Below, piece after piece: positions 22,901 through 32,121 of a DNA stretch of 64,000 nucleotides. The position numbers were made by a program, and so were the translations under genes. The notes beneath the pieces are model-generated. The model saw only the letters and a list, made by a program, of their open reading frames with translations, did not search any database and had not been told where the DNA came from. The stretch is from Candidatus Eiseniibacteriota bacterium. GTDB taxonomy: Bacteria > Eisenbacteria > RBG-16-71-46 > CAIMUX01 > VGJL01. The stretch's first letter is position 1, and each line of letters starts with the position of its first letter. The stretch lies in the NCBI GenBank assembly GCA_963792585.1, contig CAWBWI010000001.1, forward strand, positions 1,888,001 through 1,952,000, written 5' to 3'.

Positions 22901-23881
22901 AACGCCCACCTGCTGCGGACGAAAGTGGAAGTATCCTGCACCCGATACCGAGGCAATGACGACCTTGGCCATCCCGCTGCCTTGTTGGACAACCAAAGGC
23001 CCGATCACAGTCCCGTCAGGGATAAGTGTAAGGATTTCATGGTAGATCTGATCATTCGTACGAGCACAGACTACAGTGACATCCACCACTGGAGTCCCTG
23101 CGACCGCAGCAAGCCGAAAGGACACGGCATTGTCGGCCCCTGGATCAAGATGAGCAATAGTCGGATGGGACGGATCCACGTAATGGAGGTGGTCAAAATC
23201 GGGAGGATCGACAAGGTCCAATGACTCGAACTGCATCGGCCCGTCCGGTATCTCATAGGAGGGGCAGGCGTTGGCGCCTTCGGCATACCATCGGATAAGT
23301 CCAAAGCGAGTGATAGGGTCCTCGGTGGGTGGTTGGCCTGCATCGACGCAAATGGCCTGGCCGGTTGTGGGATTCGGACATGTTCCCATTCGTGACCCTT
23401 CGGTGCCGTATACCGCGAACCAATAGAATGGGAATAAGTGCCCTGTCTTTGTAACAGTTCCAAAAGAAACTGTGTTGCCGAAGGCTGTTTCCGGCCACCC
23501 CGCATCTGGCAACTCGAGCTCTCCGCATTTGCCGTATCGTTCGAAGTAGCCCTCCCCAGGCGGCAGGTTGTGATCGATCCCGAACTGGATCGTCGTGACG
23601 GCCGGCGAGGACGTGTCCGGAAACGCCGCGAGCAGCCAGATCACCGCAGGTGTGTCCTCGTCCTTGTCCGTCCTCGTGACCGCCGCCTCGCAAGAAGCGG
23701 GTAAGAAGCTGGTGGCGCAGTAGTCGTCAGTTCCAGTGTAGGTCACAGCGTCGTCCGTATGGACGATCAGAGCACCGTTGGCGTTTCGGCCGGCAATCGC
23801 GAGCTGCGTGCTCATCACCGTCAAGAACACGATCGGAACCAGGATTCTCCACGGGTTCGGGCAGAGCGGTCTGGATCTCAT
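19922..23881 (-). CDS. Large secreted multidomain protein with FlgD-Ig C-terminal domain; central region unknown
   Basis: Long open frame; signal peptide; WPNPF...WDGTDARGNAVAGGVYF; start codon uncertain. Confidence 0.8.
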   Translation of the reverse strand: MRSRPLCPNPWRILVPIVFLTVMSTQLAIAGRNANGALIVHTDDAVTYTGTDDYCATSFLPASCEAAVTRTDKDEDTPAVIWLLAAFPDTSSPAVTTIQFGIDHNLPPGEGYFERYGKCGELELPDAGWPETAFGNTVSFGTVTKTGHLFPFYWFAVYGTEGSRMGTCPNPTTGQAICVDAGQPPTEDPITRFGLIRWYAEGANACPSYEIPDGPMQFESLDLVDPPDFDHLHYVDPSHPTIAHLDPGADNAVSFRLAAVAGTPVVDVTVVCARTNDQIYHEILTLIPDGTVIGPLVVQQGSGMAKVVIASVSGAGYFHFRPQQVGVEDGEQHNGNLIGLEQELPVPIFFRFWVPNMAKDLQIDCATGSPYGDVILHAPDGQRIWDRWALGRQYEQSNISPAWRGAVWTLEIQPQVDIYHRYSYGLLRVGFRSEGSDQWWYPAHAFNPDPAKPVHAEFAPQELFHTDNGTTFYAPHGTDYGGQVAGSETNCACGAGSLILVGRHSFSFFVKPGSTKTVWLRDPANCDDANTSATRIEVRRESDPTKDFITLIEGQEQVLSVNGGATGEILHVRVMNPYEDLDVRSDAPGVVIGPNSSLSWSKCAFGQGTARTPTYTFFVPSKLATIRLSIECGRSEWNEVGQYSYRVHPQVRVILRDPRGEEHSFLTDAIGRLEIEEDTDGLSGRAWSFELETSDDASGLGISLALGDSLPPYVTWMGETRLYVPFAFPQSPRMMHGDPQLRVDWRVLPRADVYFQSLSACYTNQADICEVYDSPLDQVASSVEPATTTTRRMHRLEAGPWSQQSILNGNMLFYLLQRPDGLGEYRKLRPTNLIVPGLPQQFFGMDGPAGCCWSASCEECGDRIREVAALGFKMVGSPAMLSPVAFASGMYSEALLGCAWLFDGALVPDYGCVEEAAESVDLPGLLTLGLGSEPLDSGVDLDDLYEAAYRFRANNTRKPLTINSEPNLKWGREVRDLLEVAVEEQYVERGWEQSITALCELVTRIEEMKRNVRQDVPLEVHIQGAYLEEGQYLRADPDGVGAQALAALLMGVNSVHLFVRFHGGADTDCSDCGGFGSEWDMRNHHAELWTRLGSGLVDTIEAVRGWLNRIAPYYVRFGPANVYVPECQLSPVIYAAGPWLRNGEGGTWVVFANLGHDQQETVEVPWGDLHVPSEWSFEGVDSSVSGASMALPVEGEPLSCTLAPGAWYVAKFISSNPSQASESDTSGFGNLVGMAWPNPFSERVNIRLRGDPGGEVRGRIYSAGGVLVRDLGVLEDIGTVGSAIWDGTDARGNAVAGGVYFLWLGGNGRALRLPLVCVK

Positions 23882-24404
23882 GGCGGGCGGCCTCCCTTCA
23901 ATCGATGGCATGATCAATACCGGGGGCGTCCCCGGGATCACAAGAGCGTGGGTCGAGTGCATTGGGACAGGCTTTCTGGCGTGTGGTGAAGCAGGGTGCG
24001 GAGCCATTCGGTGGCGAAAGCGATTAGAGATGCATTGCGGGCGATCCTGGGCACCGTCACCGGCCGCCGGAGATACAAATGCCCCTCGGTCCTCTCGGAC
24101 GAGGGGCGCATCTCGCGGCATGGGCCCGTTCGTGGCATTCATGGCGACTCCAGAACTTCAACCCCGGTGTCGTTCGAGCACATTAGTCGTCGCGAATTGA
24201 GCGGCGATCGTGTCTGGAGGACTCGCATCAAGGATAGGTCCATCCGGCGGGGTTGGCCAACCGCTTCTAGGAATGCGAGTGATGCGCGGATCTTATGGGG
24301 ATAGGGCAGCAGGGAACGATGGAATCGTTGGATGCGGGCGTGCGGGAGGAGGGTGTTCGGCTTACCACACGCAATCGTTTAGCGAGCGCACGCCCAAGCC
24401 GTAC

Positions 24405-24636
24405 CTGCCTTCTCCAGAATCTCCAGCACGGCACGCCTGTTCTCCTTCCCCGCGACGCCGCTCAGGATCGTCTGCAGCGCCCTGAGGGTGTGCCCGTGCT
24501 TCCCAATGATCTTGCCACTCCAGTCCTCGCCGATTCGCGGCTTTCAGACGCTCATCGCATTCCCGACCACCTCATTTGCCTGGACCATGCCGGGTTGTTC
24601 ACGAGGCGCTTGGCGAGGAACGCGATGAAGGCTTTG
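24405..24636 (-). pseudogene. khpA: Decayed KH-domain RNA-binding protein (KhpA/UPF0109-like)
   Basis: Manual translation KAFIAFLAKRLVNNP / VQANEVVGNAMSV* / GKIIGKHGHTLRALQTILSGVAGKENRRAVLEILE; has a frameshift and a stop. Confidence 0.75.
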
Positions 24637-24641
24637 TGACT

Positions 24642-26390
24642 CTACTTCGCAATCACCGCCCTCCCCATCGCCGTTCCCTGCCCCGCAACAATTCGCGCGA
24701 AGTACACCCCCGTCGGCATATCCCGCCCGTTGTCATCCCGGCCGTCCCAGGGCGTCGAGAACGCACCCGCTGGGCGATGGCCCTCGGCGAGTCTCCGCAC
24801 CAGGCTACCCGCAGCATTGAACACTTCGATGGTCACGGCGGTGGGCTTGGGCAGGCTGTACCGAATCATGACCTGTCCCGTGCTGGGGTTCGGGGAGGCG
24901 GTGAGGTTCAGCGAGGTGACCTGTGATGCATCGTCAACCGCCGACACGCACGGGTTCGGCTCGCACAGCGTCCCGTTGCCCATGTAGACGCCGCCGTAGC
25001 CGGTGCACTCAGACTCTTTGCAGCGCAGGCAGTACGCTGATAGGCAGCACGCCCCAGTCAGACTCAGCGCGAGGCTATGATACCCACCGGCCGCAATCCG
25101 ACTGGCGTTGTGCGGCGGTTCGGGGACGTCACACTGACCATATTCGTTCCACCCCCAGGCAACGATTGATCCATCGGACTTAAGGCCAAGGCTGCTCGCC
25201 CCACCCCCAGCAACCGCAACAAAGTCCTCGTTCGGAGCGGGGACATCGCACTGGCCAGCCCAGTTCAGGCCCCAGGCGATGATCGTCCGGTCCGACTTGA
25301 GGCCGAGGCTGTGCCACTGACCGGACGCAATCGCCACGTAGTCCGAGTTGGGAGCGGGTACGTCGCACTGCCCGTAGTTGTTCAATCCCCAGGCCACCAC
25401 TGTCCCACTCGACTTCAGCCCTAAGCTATGCGCGACACCAGCTGAGACCGCTACGAACTCGTTGTTCGGATCGGGGACGTCGCATTGACCGTCGTCGTCC
25501 AGACCCCAGGCAACGACCGTGCCCCCGAGCCTGAGGCCGAGGCTATGATCCCTACCACCGGTGATCGCAATGAAGTTCGCATTCGGCGAGGGAATGTCAC
25601 ACTGACCGCTGCTGTTCTGTCCCCAGGCTACGACCGCTCCGTCTGCCCGAAGTGCCAGGCTGTGCCAGAGCCCGGCCGCAACAGCCAGGTATTGGCCGAT
25701 TGGGTCCGGAACGTCGCACTCGCCGTAATCGTTCCGTCCCCACGTAACCACCGTTCCATCGGACCTGAGCCCTAGACTGTGATCCCCACCTCCGGCGATC
25801 TCAACGAAGTCGGCGTTAGGTGGGGGCACATTGCACTGGTTGAACTCGTTGTATCCCCACGCCACGATCGATCCCTCACCGCCAGAAGGGACAGCCGGCA
25901 TCCAACGGATCGGAATGACGATTGTCCGAATGTCGTTGCACGGAGTCCGCTGTTGGTACTCCAGCCGTATGGCCGTGAAATCTGTCGGGACATGGCCCTG
26001 CCATCCACCATCCTGGATCCTGGCGTTCTGGTCCCCACCGCCCGGCCCAACAACGTGCCCGATGGCTACGGCTCCAGGCTCGAACCACGCGGTCAGATCA
26101 TAGGCGCAGTTGGAATCGGGTTCGGTGTCCTGCAAGTCGCAGAACTGATCGTTGTCCATGCTGATGAAGCCGAAGTAGTAGATGCTACCTCCGCCTTCGG
26201 GCCCAACTAAGTTCGGGAGGCTGCAGGCCAGGGTATCGTCCGTGGCCTCGTCGAAGCATCCAACGGGGGCGCTGTCCCACCCGTAGCACGCGATGCGGAT
26301 GGTGGATGCTTCGGAAGGCGCGGGGAAGGCTCCAGTCACAAGGATGACGGTCACCAGCAGAGCGATCCTCACGGCCAAGCGCCCGCTCAT
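24642..26390 (-). CDS. Secreted RCC1-repeat protein with Cys-rich linker and FlgD-Ig domain
   Basis: Signal peptide; RCC1 repeats; GACC...CEPNPC; WDGRDDNG...GVYF. Confidence 0.9.
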   Translation of the reverse strand: MSGRLAVRIALLVTVILVTGAFPAPSEASTIRIACYGWDSAPVGCFDEATDDTLACSLPNLVGPEGGGSIYYFGFISMDNDQFCDLQDTEPDSNCAYDLTAWFEPGAVAIGHVVGPGGGDQNARIQDGGWQGHVPTDFTAIRLEYQQRTPCNDIRTIVIPIRWMPAVPSGGEGSIVAWGYNEFNQCNVPPPNADFVEIAGGGDHSLGLRSDGTVVTWGRNDYGECDVPDPIGQYLAVAAGLWHSLALRADGAVVAWGQNSSGQCDIPSPNANFIAITGGRDHSLGLRLGGTVVAWGLDDDGQCDVPDPNNEFVAVSAGVAHSLGLKSSGTVVAWGLNNYGQCDVPAPNSDYVAIASGQWHSLGLKSDRTIIAWGLNWAGQCDVPAPNEDFVAVAGGGASSLGLKSDGSIVAWGWNEYGQCDVPEPPHNASRIAAGGYHSLALSLTGACCLSAYCLRCKESECTGYGGVYMGNGTLCEPNPCVSAVDDASQVTSLNLTASPNPSTGQVMIRYSLPKPTAVTIEVFNAAGSLVRRLAEGHRPAGAFSTPWDGRDDNGRDMPTGVYFARIVAGQGTAMGRAVIAK

Positions 26391-27157
26391 CGCGCCAGCA
26401 CCACCCGCCCGGTCGTCGTGCCCTCGCTCGTCGCCACGTGCGTGAAGTACACGCCTGCCGGAAGCTCGCGGCCTGCGTCGTCCTTGCCATCCCACCTCAG
26501 GGAGTACTCCCCCGCTGGATGAGGGCCGTCGAGTAGGCGGCGGACGATGCGGCCGGAGGAGTCGATGATGTCGACGGAGACGGGACCATCGACATCGAGG
26601 CGGCAGGAAACCCGGCAGGGTCCGGCCGTCGGATTCGGTGCCACGCTTGTCGCAGATGGGGAATGCCTGTCCTCAGACTCAACATCAGAGAGCGGATTGA
26701 GCCGCTCCGCCCATTCTAGCCGCTGCCCACCATTGCCGTCGTACCCCCATACCTGACCGTCATCGTAGGCGACGAAATAGTAATGCGAGTTATTCCATCG
26801 GCCGAAGGCAGTTGCCTGGGCACCGTCGCGGGACGCATCCATAGCCAAACTGAACCCACTCCCCATGTTTGACACCCAGATTTGGCCATCCTCGTAGAGG
26901 ATGTATAGGGTCGTGGCACCATCCGAGCAGAACCCTTTGATCCGGACATTACGGTTGATCTGGCTAAGGTGACCTATGGAGCCATGCCCTTTCCAAACCT
27001 GGCCGTCTTCATAGGCAAAAACAGGATCCCCATCCCAAAGCTGGCACGAATACAGCTGACTTGGAAACAGCATCGCGTCAACCCGTAGCAACTCATTGGT
27101 TGCAAGAGCCGGCGAAGCCGCCAGGACCAAGTAGATGGTAAGTAGTACGGCTCTCAA
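26387..27157 (-). CDS. Secreted protein with FlgD-Ig C-terminal domain
   Basis: RBS AGGAGG before TTG; signal peptide; repeated YEDGQVW; PNP...WDGKDDAG...GVYF. Confidence 0.85.
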   Translation of the reverse strand: MRAVLLTIYLVLAASPALATNELLRVDAMLFPSQLYSCQLWDGDPVFAYEDGQVWKGHGSIGHLSQINRNVRIKGFCSDGATTLYILYEDGQIWVSNMGSGFSLAMDASRDGAQATAFGRWNNSHYYFVAYDDGQVWGYDGNGGQRLEWAERLNPLSDVESEDRHSPSATSVAPNPTAGPCRVSCRLDVDGPVSVDIIDSSGRIVRRLLDGPHPAGEYSLRWDGKDDAGRELPAGVYFTHVATSEGTTTGRVVLAR

Positions 27158-27188
27158 CGTAGGTTCCTCCTCCTGATTGGTGCGATCC

Positions 27189-27962
27189 TCACCGAACGAC
27201 AACCATCCGCTTCGACTCTTCGCGCCCGTCAACGGTGAGCTGGTAGAAGTAGCTTCCCGAAGTTACCGCTTGGCCGTTGTCATCCTTGACATCCCAGGGG
27301 ATCGAGTACCCGCCGCCTGCAAGGATCCCGTCCGCAAGGAGGCTTACGAGGCGACCGGACACATCATAGATGGCAAGCTGAACGCGGGAGCGACCAGGTA
27401 GCTCGAATGAGATCGACACAGATCCGGCGGTCGGATTCGGACGGCTCTCCGACAGAGCCTGGGGCAATAACGGGGCATCCTGGTTGCCAACCGCCGCAGT
27501 GCCGATCCACCCAATCACAACGGTCCTTGGAAAGCCGCTCCCAATGGCCTGGACTGGCACAAGCACGTCCAGAAAGTGATCGGCATCCACGTCATAGAGA
27601 GTCGGTGGGGCTTCGATGGCCCTCCCGTCGCAGTCAGCGGCTTGCATAGGGCAAGCACCAGAAAGCGCAATGTCGAACCACTGGGTCTCGCCACTTAGGA
27701 GCCGAGTAATCCCGATTCTGTGGTAGACAGGGGACTGATAGCCCTCATAGTTGCCAAACACCAGGGCCTCTGGAGCACCATCGCCGTCCAAGTCGGCAAT
27801 CCAATTGGGCGCCTGGTTTGAAATGACTGGACCACCGCCTGCCGGAGCGAAAACGTGTCCGTCGATGAAGTACTTCACCACGAACTCCGCTCTGACGACA
27901 CTCGTTGGCAGCAGGCACAGCAACAGAAGCATCGCGGTTCTCACAGTAAGCCTCCCCTTCAT
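27189..27962 (-). CDS. Secreted FG-GAP-like protein with FlgD-Ig C-terminal domain
   Basis: Signal peptide; DLDGDGAPE and DVDADHFLD loops; PNP...SGSYFYQL. Confidence 0.85.
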   Translation of the reverse strand: MKGRLTVRTAMLLLLCLLPTSVVRAEFVVKYFIDGHVFAPAGGGPVISNQAPNWIADLDGDGAPEALVFGNYEGYQSPVYHRIGITRLLSGETQWFDIALSGACPMQAADCDGRAIEAPPTLYDVDADHFLDVLVPVQAIGSGFPRTVVIGWIGTAAVGNQDAPLLPQALSESRPNPTAGSVSISFELPGRSRVQLAIYDVSGRLVSLLADGILAGGGYSIPWDVKDDNGQAVTSGSYFYQLTVDGREESKRMVVVR

Positions 27963-28517
27963 CGAATCCGCGTGATCGAAGGCGCATCGAGTGTACCACG
28001 GGCGCGGGCAGGGCGGGAGAGCCTGATTCAGCGAGGCAACCTGCCCCTGCCCACGCGAGGCGAGGATGGCACGGGGCGTATGACAACCGTTGACGTAGGG
28101 GTGGACGCCTACTCTTCTCGAAAACCTATCCGAGGATGACGAACAAGGGACCGAATGTGGCTATCACGGCACCTCCGGGCGCATTGGGAGCGCTACAAGT
28201 GTCCCGGCAAAGGTGGCAAGGGCCGCCTTCCTGGGGCCGTCAGATCGGGTCACGGCGGGGACTGGCTCCCTCTCTGTTTCGTCAACGTGGATGATCTGAA
28301 CGTGCCCATCGGGGAGCATCTGGACCCGCGCTACTACGCACCATCTGCTGTCGTTCATGCCGCCCTCCGTTTGCTCATCTGTGTGCGGTTCCTCGAGCTA
28401 AGCGATCCGCGTCTCGAGATCGGCCGACTCGCGGACGCTCAGGAGCGCATCGACCCAACGCCTCGCCACCGGTGCCTTGCCCTCTTTGTGGACGTCGCAG
28501 CCCCTGGTCTCGATAGT

Positions 28518-28679
28518 TCACTTCTTCTTCGTGGAGACCGCGAAGCTCGTGATCTTCTGCCGTACCTTGGAGGACTTGCACTCCGGACACTTGATCTTGG
28601 CTGTGTCGTGCTTGAGCATCCCCATCGTTATCGTGAAGCTCTTCCCGCAAGCCTCGCACTTGTAGGCATACTCGGACAC
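28518..28679 (-). CDS. FmdB-family zinc-ribbon protein, 53 aa (absent from the ORF track)
   Basis: RBS AAGGAGG then GTG; MSEYAYKCEACGKSF...IKCPECKSSKVRQKITSF. Confidence 0.88.
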   Translation of the reverse strand: MSEYAYKCEACGKSFTITMGMLKHDTAKIKCPECKSSKVRQKITSFAVSTKKK

Positions 28680-29200
28680 GATAGGACCTCCTTAGCAGAC
28701 GAGAATCGGCGCGGTGATCAGTGTGGCGGCTCGATCATAGCACGGAAGGGATGACAGGGATTGACGTCCCCTAATGCTTGCCAGAAGCAGATACCCGCAA
28801 AAGAGTGCCACGCATGGCAACCCGCGATCTGGTATCATCGCTCCGGTCGCTCGCCGCTCGAAAGTGATGACCAAGTGCTGAGGAGGTCGCATGAACGGGT
28901 TGGAGCTCGCGGAGCTCAACCAAGAAGGTCCCCTTCTGAAGCCGTTTTGCCTCAATCCGTGCCAGAATCCCCCCACAGGGGCTCGGGACGCCCTCGCAGC
29001 GACGCGGACCCGCCAGATCTCTTCAATAGCCGTAGCCACGATCCCCACCGACCATCCCGCCCGCCTCAGAGATTTCACCGAGAAGGTAAGGACCCTCAAC
29101 ATTCCAGTCCTGCGCGATCTAGTCAGTGGTCGGGAGTTCGGCGACGTGAACCTTGTAGTCCCAAGAGAATGCGAGAATGGCTCTCGTGAAGGAGGATTGA

Positions 29201-30016
29201 ATGACCATCGCGGTACCCGCAAAGGTGACCGAGCGCATCAAGGTTGGTCTGAAGAAGTTACGTCCCGTTCTCGTTGCGGCGAGGGAACGGGATGTCAACG
29301 AATCTGATACTGCCCTCATCGTGGCGACGATTCTCGCTGACCTACTCGGATACGACCGCTTCCTCGAGATCACGAGCGAGTTCTGCATCCGCGGAACGTA
29401 CTGCGACCTTGCCGTGAAGCTGGACGGAAAACCGAAGATCCTAATCGAGGTCAAGGCGATCGGGTTGGACCTGAAGGACACGCACGTGCGTCAGGCCGTA
29501 GACTACGGCGCCAATCAGGGTATCGAGTGGGTCGTTCTGACCAACGGAATCATCTGGCGCGCTTACAGCGTAGTCTTCAAGAAGCCGATTGATCACGAAC
29601 TCGTCTTCGAGGTCAACATCATCGAGGACGACATACGGGCCTCAGCGCTCCTGGAACGGCTCTACACTCTGTCTCGCGAAGGTCTTCAGAAGCAAGCGCT
29701 CGTCGGGTATCAAGAAGAGAGACAGGCCACAAGCCGTTTCATGGTCGCCGCGATCTTGCAGTCGGAACCCGTCACCGACACTATCCGGCGCGAGATTCGA
29801 AGAGTTAGTGGCGGAGTACGGATCGAAGCCGATGAGCTTTGCGAGATCCTCCGGAACGAGGTCATCAAGAGAGATGCTCTCGAAGGCGCACAGGCAACGG
29901 CAGCCGGGGACCGTGTCCGGCGACGGGCCTCGCGAGCACTTCGGGCGACCACGACAGATGGGGCAACTCAAGTCGCGGAGCTCAACACGAAGGTGGATGA
30001 GCCAAGTCGGCCATAG
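29201..30016 (+). CDS. Stand-alone HsdR N-terminal (PD-(D/E)xK nuclease-like) domain protein
   Basis: NESDT, CDLAVK, LIEVK, QAVDY, VLTNG motifs. Confidence 0.85.
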   Translation: MTIAVPAKVTERIKVGLKKLRPVLVAARERDVNESDTALIVATILADLLGYDRFLEITSEFCIRGTYCDLAVKLDGKPKILIEVKAIGLDLKDTHVRQAVDYGANQGIEWVVLTNGIIWRAYSVVFKKPIDHELVFEVNIIEDDIRASALLERLYTLSREGLQKQALVGYQEERQATSRFMVAAILQSEPVTDTIRREIRRVSGGVRIEADELCEILRNEVIKRDALEGAQATAAGDRVRRRASRALRATTTDGATQVAELNTKVDEPSRP

Positions 30017-30069
30017 AACGTGACAGAGCGAGCCGAATCCGATGGCGGGCCGACTGAAGGAGGGCTGAG

Positions 30070-30825
30070 ATGACCACTGCCTCACCAGCGAGGCAAAGGA
30101 CGGGGCCCTATCAGATATTCATGCTGGGTCTTTGTGTCTACGCTCTGGCGATTCTCTCGGTCGAGACATTTGCCCCGCTTGATCAACGGACGAGGCAGAT
30201 CCTCGTCTACGCGGATATGGGCGTGTGCGGTTTATTCTTCTTGGATTTCATGATCAGTCTGGTGAAGGCCCGCGATCGGTTGCACTACCTATCTCGATGG
30301 GGATGGGTTGACCTTCTGTCGAGCATCCCCACTATTCCCATCCTGCGCTTGGGCCGTGCCGCACGTATCCTTCGAGTCCTTCGCCTCCTACGTGGTGTCC
30401 GTTCTATCAAGATACTCTCGACCTTCATCCTCGATCGTCGAGCCGAGAGCGGCTTCTTAGCGGCCGCCCTTCTGTCTATACTGCTTGTCGTTTTCGGTAG
30501 CATCGCCGTCCTGCAGTTCGAATCGACGCCAGAAGCAAACATAAAGACTGCACAGGATGCTCTATGGTGGGCATTTGTCACAATCACAACGGTTGGTTAC
30601 GGCGATCGATTCCCAGTTACATCGGAAGGACGCATCGTTGGAGCGCTGCTGATGACCGCCGGAGTTGGGCTTTTTGGAACCTTCGCCGGCTTTGTGGCGG
30701 CGTGGTTTCTTGAGCCTTCGAGGCGTCGGGAGCGGTCAGAGCTGCAGGATGTGAAGGAAGAGCTCGCTGCAGTTCGCAGGTTGCTTGAAGCGGGACGAAT
30801 CGCATCTTCTGCTCCGTCGGAGTAG
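30070..30825 (+). CDS. Voltage-gated-type potassium channel
   Basis: Arg-rich S4 helix; pore motif TITTVGYGD. Confidence 0.93.
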   Translation: MTTASPARQRTGPYQIFMLGLCVYALAILSVETFAPLDQRTRQILVYADMGVCGLFFLDFMISLVKARDRLHYLSRWGWVDLLSSIPTIPILRLGRAARILRVLRLLRGVRSIKILSTFILDRRAESGFLAAALLSILLVVFGSIAVLQFESTPEANIKTAQDALWWAFVTITTVGYGDRFPVTSEGRIVGALLMTAGVGLFGTFAGFVAAWFLEPSRRRERSELQDVKEELAAVRRLLEAGRIASSAPSE

Positions 30826-31309
30826 TGGCTCTGGCACTGGCCGCAGGGGACTAGCAACAGGATCCCAATCACCTCCGTGACCACGCGCATTGATAGTGTG
30901 GTCCTCACCTCTTGGTCGGGTGGCCGCGCTCCGGCTACCGGTTCAACTGGGGCCTTGAGGCCCCCCCCACGGCCGGTGTTCTCGCGTCTGCGATTTCGTT
31001 TTTCCGTCCGTGCCTGGCAGGTGGTGCTTTCCTGACGCGTATCGCAAGCACGTCCGCATTGCGTACAGAGACGACGACGCTGCGCGCATGCAATCACGTC
31101 GCCTTCCCATTGAACCACGACGTCCCTGGACGTTGGGGTGCCGAATCGGCGGTGAAACGGCAGTGATCCAGCAGTCGGCTGGCAGAAACTCGCGATTCCG
31201 GTGCCGATAACGGCAGGCAGACAATCGCGCACCTGCGACAACACGCGGCTTTGCGCAGTGTCGCACATTGACGACACCTTCGGATGCCAGCGTTCTCTCT
31301 GCCGTTCGG

Positions 31310-31450
31310 ATGCCGCAACGCCGCCGCTTTCAAGACTCCCCATGCCGCCAAGAATGCCGTTTCTCCACGGCTCATGCCGCCAAGATCACGTCTTCGCCAG
31401 GATCGATGCCGCCAAGACGGGCGTCGCGCAACAGAACGTGCCGCGACTCC
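31310..31450 (+). repeat. Phased direct repeats ATGCCGCCAAGA with a 32-bp period, upstream of the recombinase
   Basis: Exact copies at 31342, 31374, 31406; degenerate copies at 31310 and 31438. Confidence 0.85.
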
Positions 31451-31526
31451 AAGGCTGCCGTCATGGATCCCGTGAAACGACTTGATCCGTGCACCGAGAG
31501 CGCCACCCTTGTGTCGAGGAGGTGAT

Positions 31527-32111
31527 ATGTCGCATCTCAGCCCGCAGACCTTGTCCCAGACCGAGCAGCAAGCGCTCCTGGCATTGATCGCCGATCATCC
31601 CCGCGATTGCCTGCTCGTCTCGCTCGCGCTGGGCACCGGTCTTCGCCTGTGCGAACTCGTCGGTCTGAACGTCGGGGATCTCTACTTCCCCACGGGCCAG
31701 CCACGACTTCGGGTCCGCGTGCGAGCGGAGATCGCCAAGCGTGGCCGGACTGGGGATGTGTTTCTGCCCGATGCGCTCGCATCGAAGCTCGTGTCCTTCT
31801 GGCACTGCAAGCTCGAGCACCATGAGAGCATCGATCCGCATGCACCGCTGTTTTGCGGCCTCTCCCGACGTCGGATCTCCCCGCGCCGCGTCCAGGTGCT
31901 CTTCCGGGACTGGCAGGAGCGCGCCGGATTCGATCGACTCTACTGCTTCCACACGCTGCGCCACACGGCTGTCACGAACGTCTACCAGGCCTCTCGGGAC
32001 CTCTTCCTCGCCCAACGCTTCGCACGCCATGCGAGCCCCCTGACCACCGTCGTGTACACACACGTTTCCGATCAGGAGCTCCGGGACCGGCTTCGGCATC
32101 TCGCCTGCTAG
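31527..32111 (+). CDS. Tyrosine recombinase, catalytic domain only (194 aa)
   Basis: TGLR, HTLRH, ARH, TTVVYTH; RBS GGAGG; no N-terminal core-binding domain and no IntI-specific insertion. Confidence 0.92.
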   Translation: MSHLSPQTLSQTEQQALLALIADHPRDCLLVSLALGTGLRLCELVGLNVGDLYFPTGQPRLRVRVRAEIAKRGRTGDVFLPDALASKLVSFWHCKLEHHESIDPHAPLFCGLSRRRISPRRVQVLFRDWQERAGFDRLYCFHTLRHTAVTNVYQASRDLFLAQRFARHASPLTTVVYTHVSDQELRDRLRHLAC

Positions 32112-32121
32112 GGCCACGCGC

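Noticed and set aside
31527..32111. Integron integrase for the cassette array
   Set aside because: Only 194 aa, lacks the IntI-specific insertion and lies 13 kb from the array
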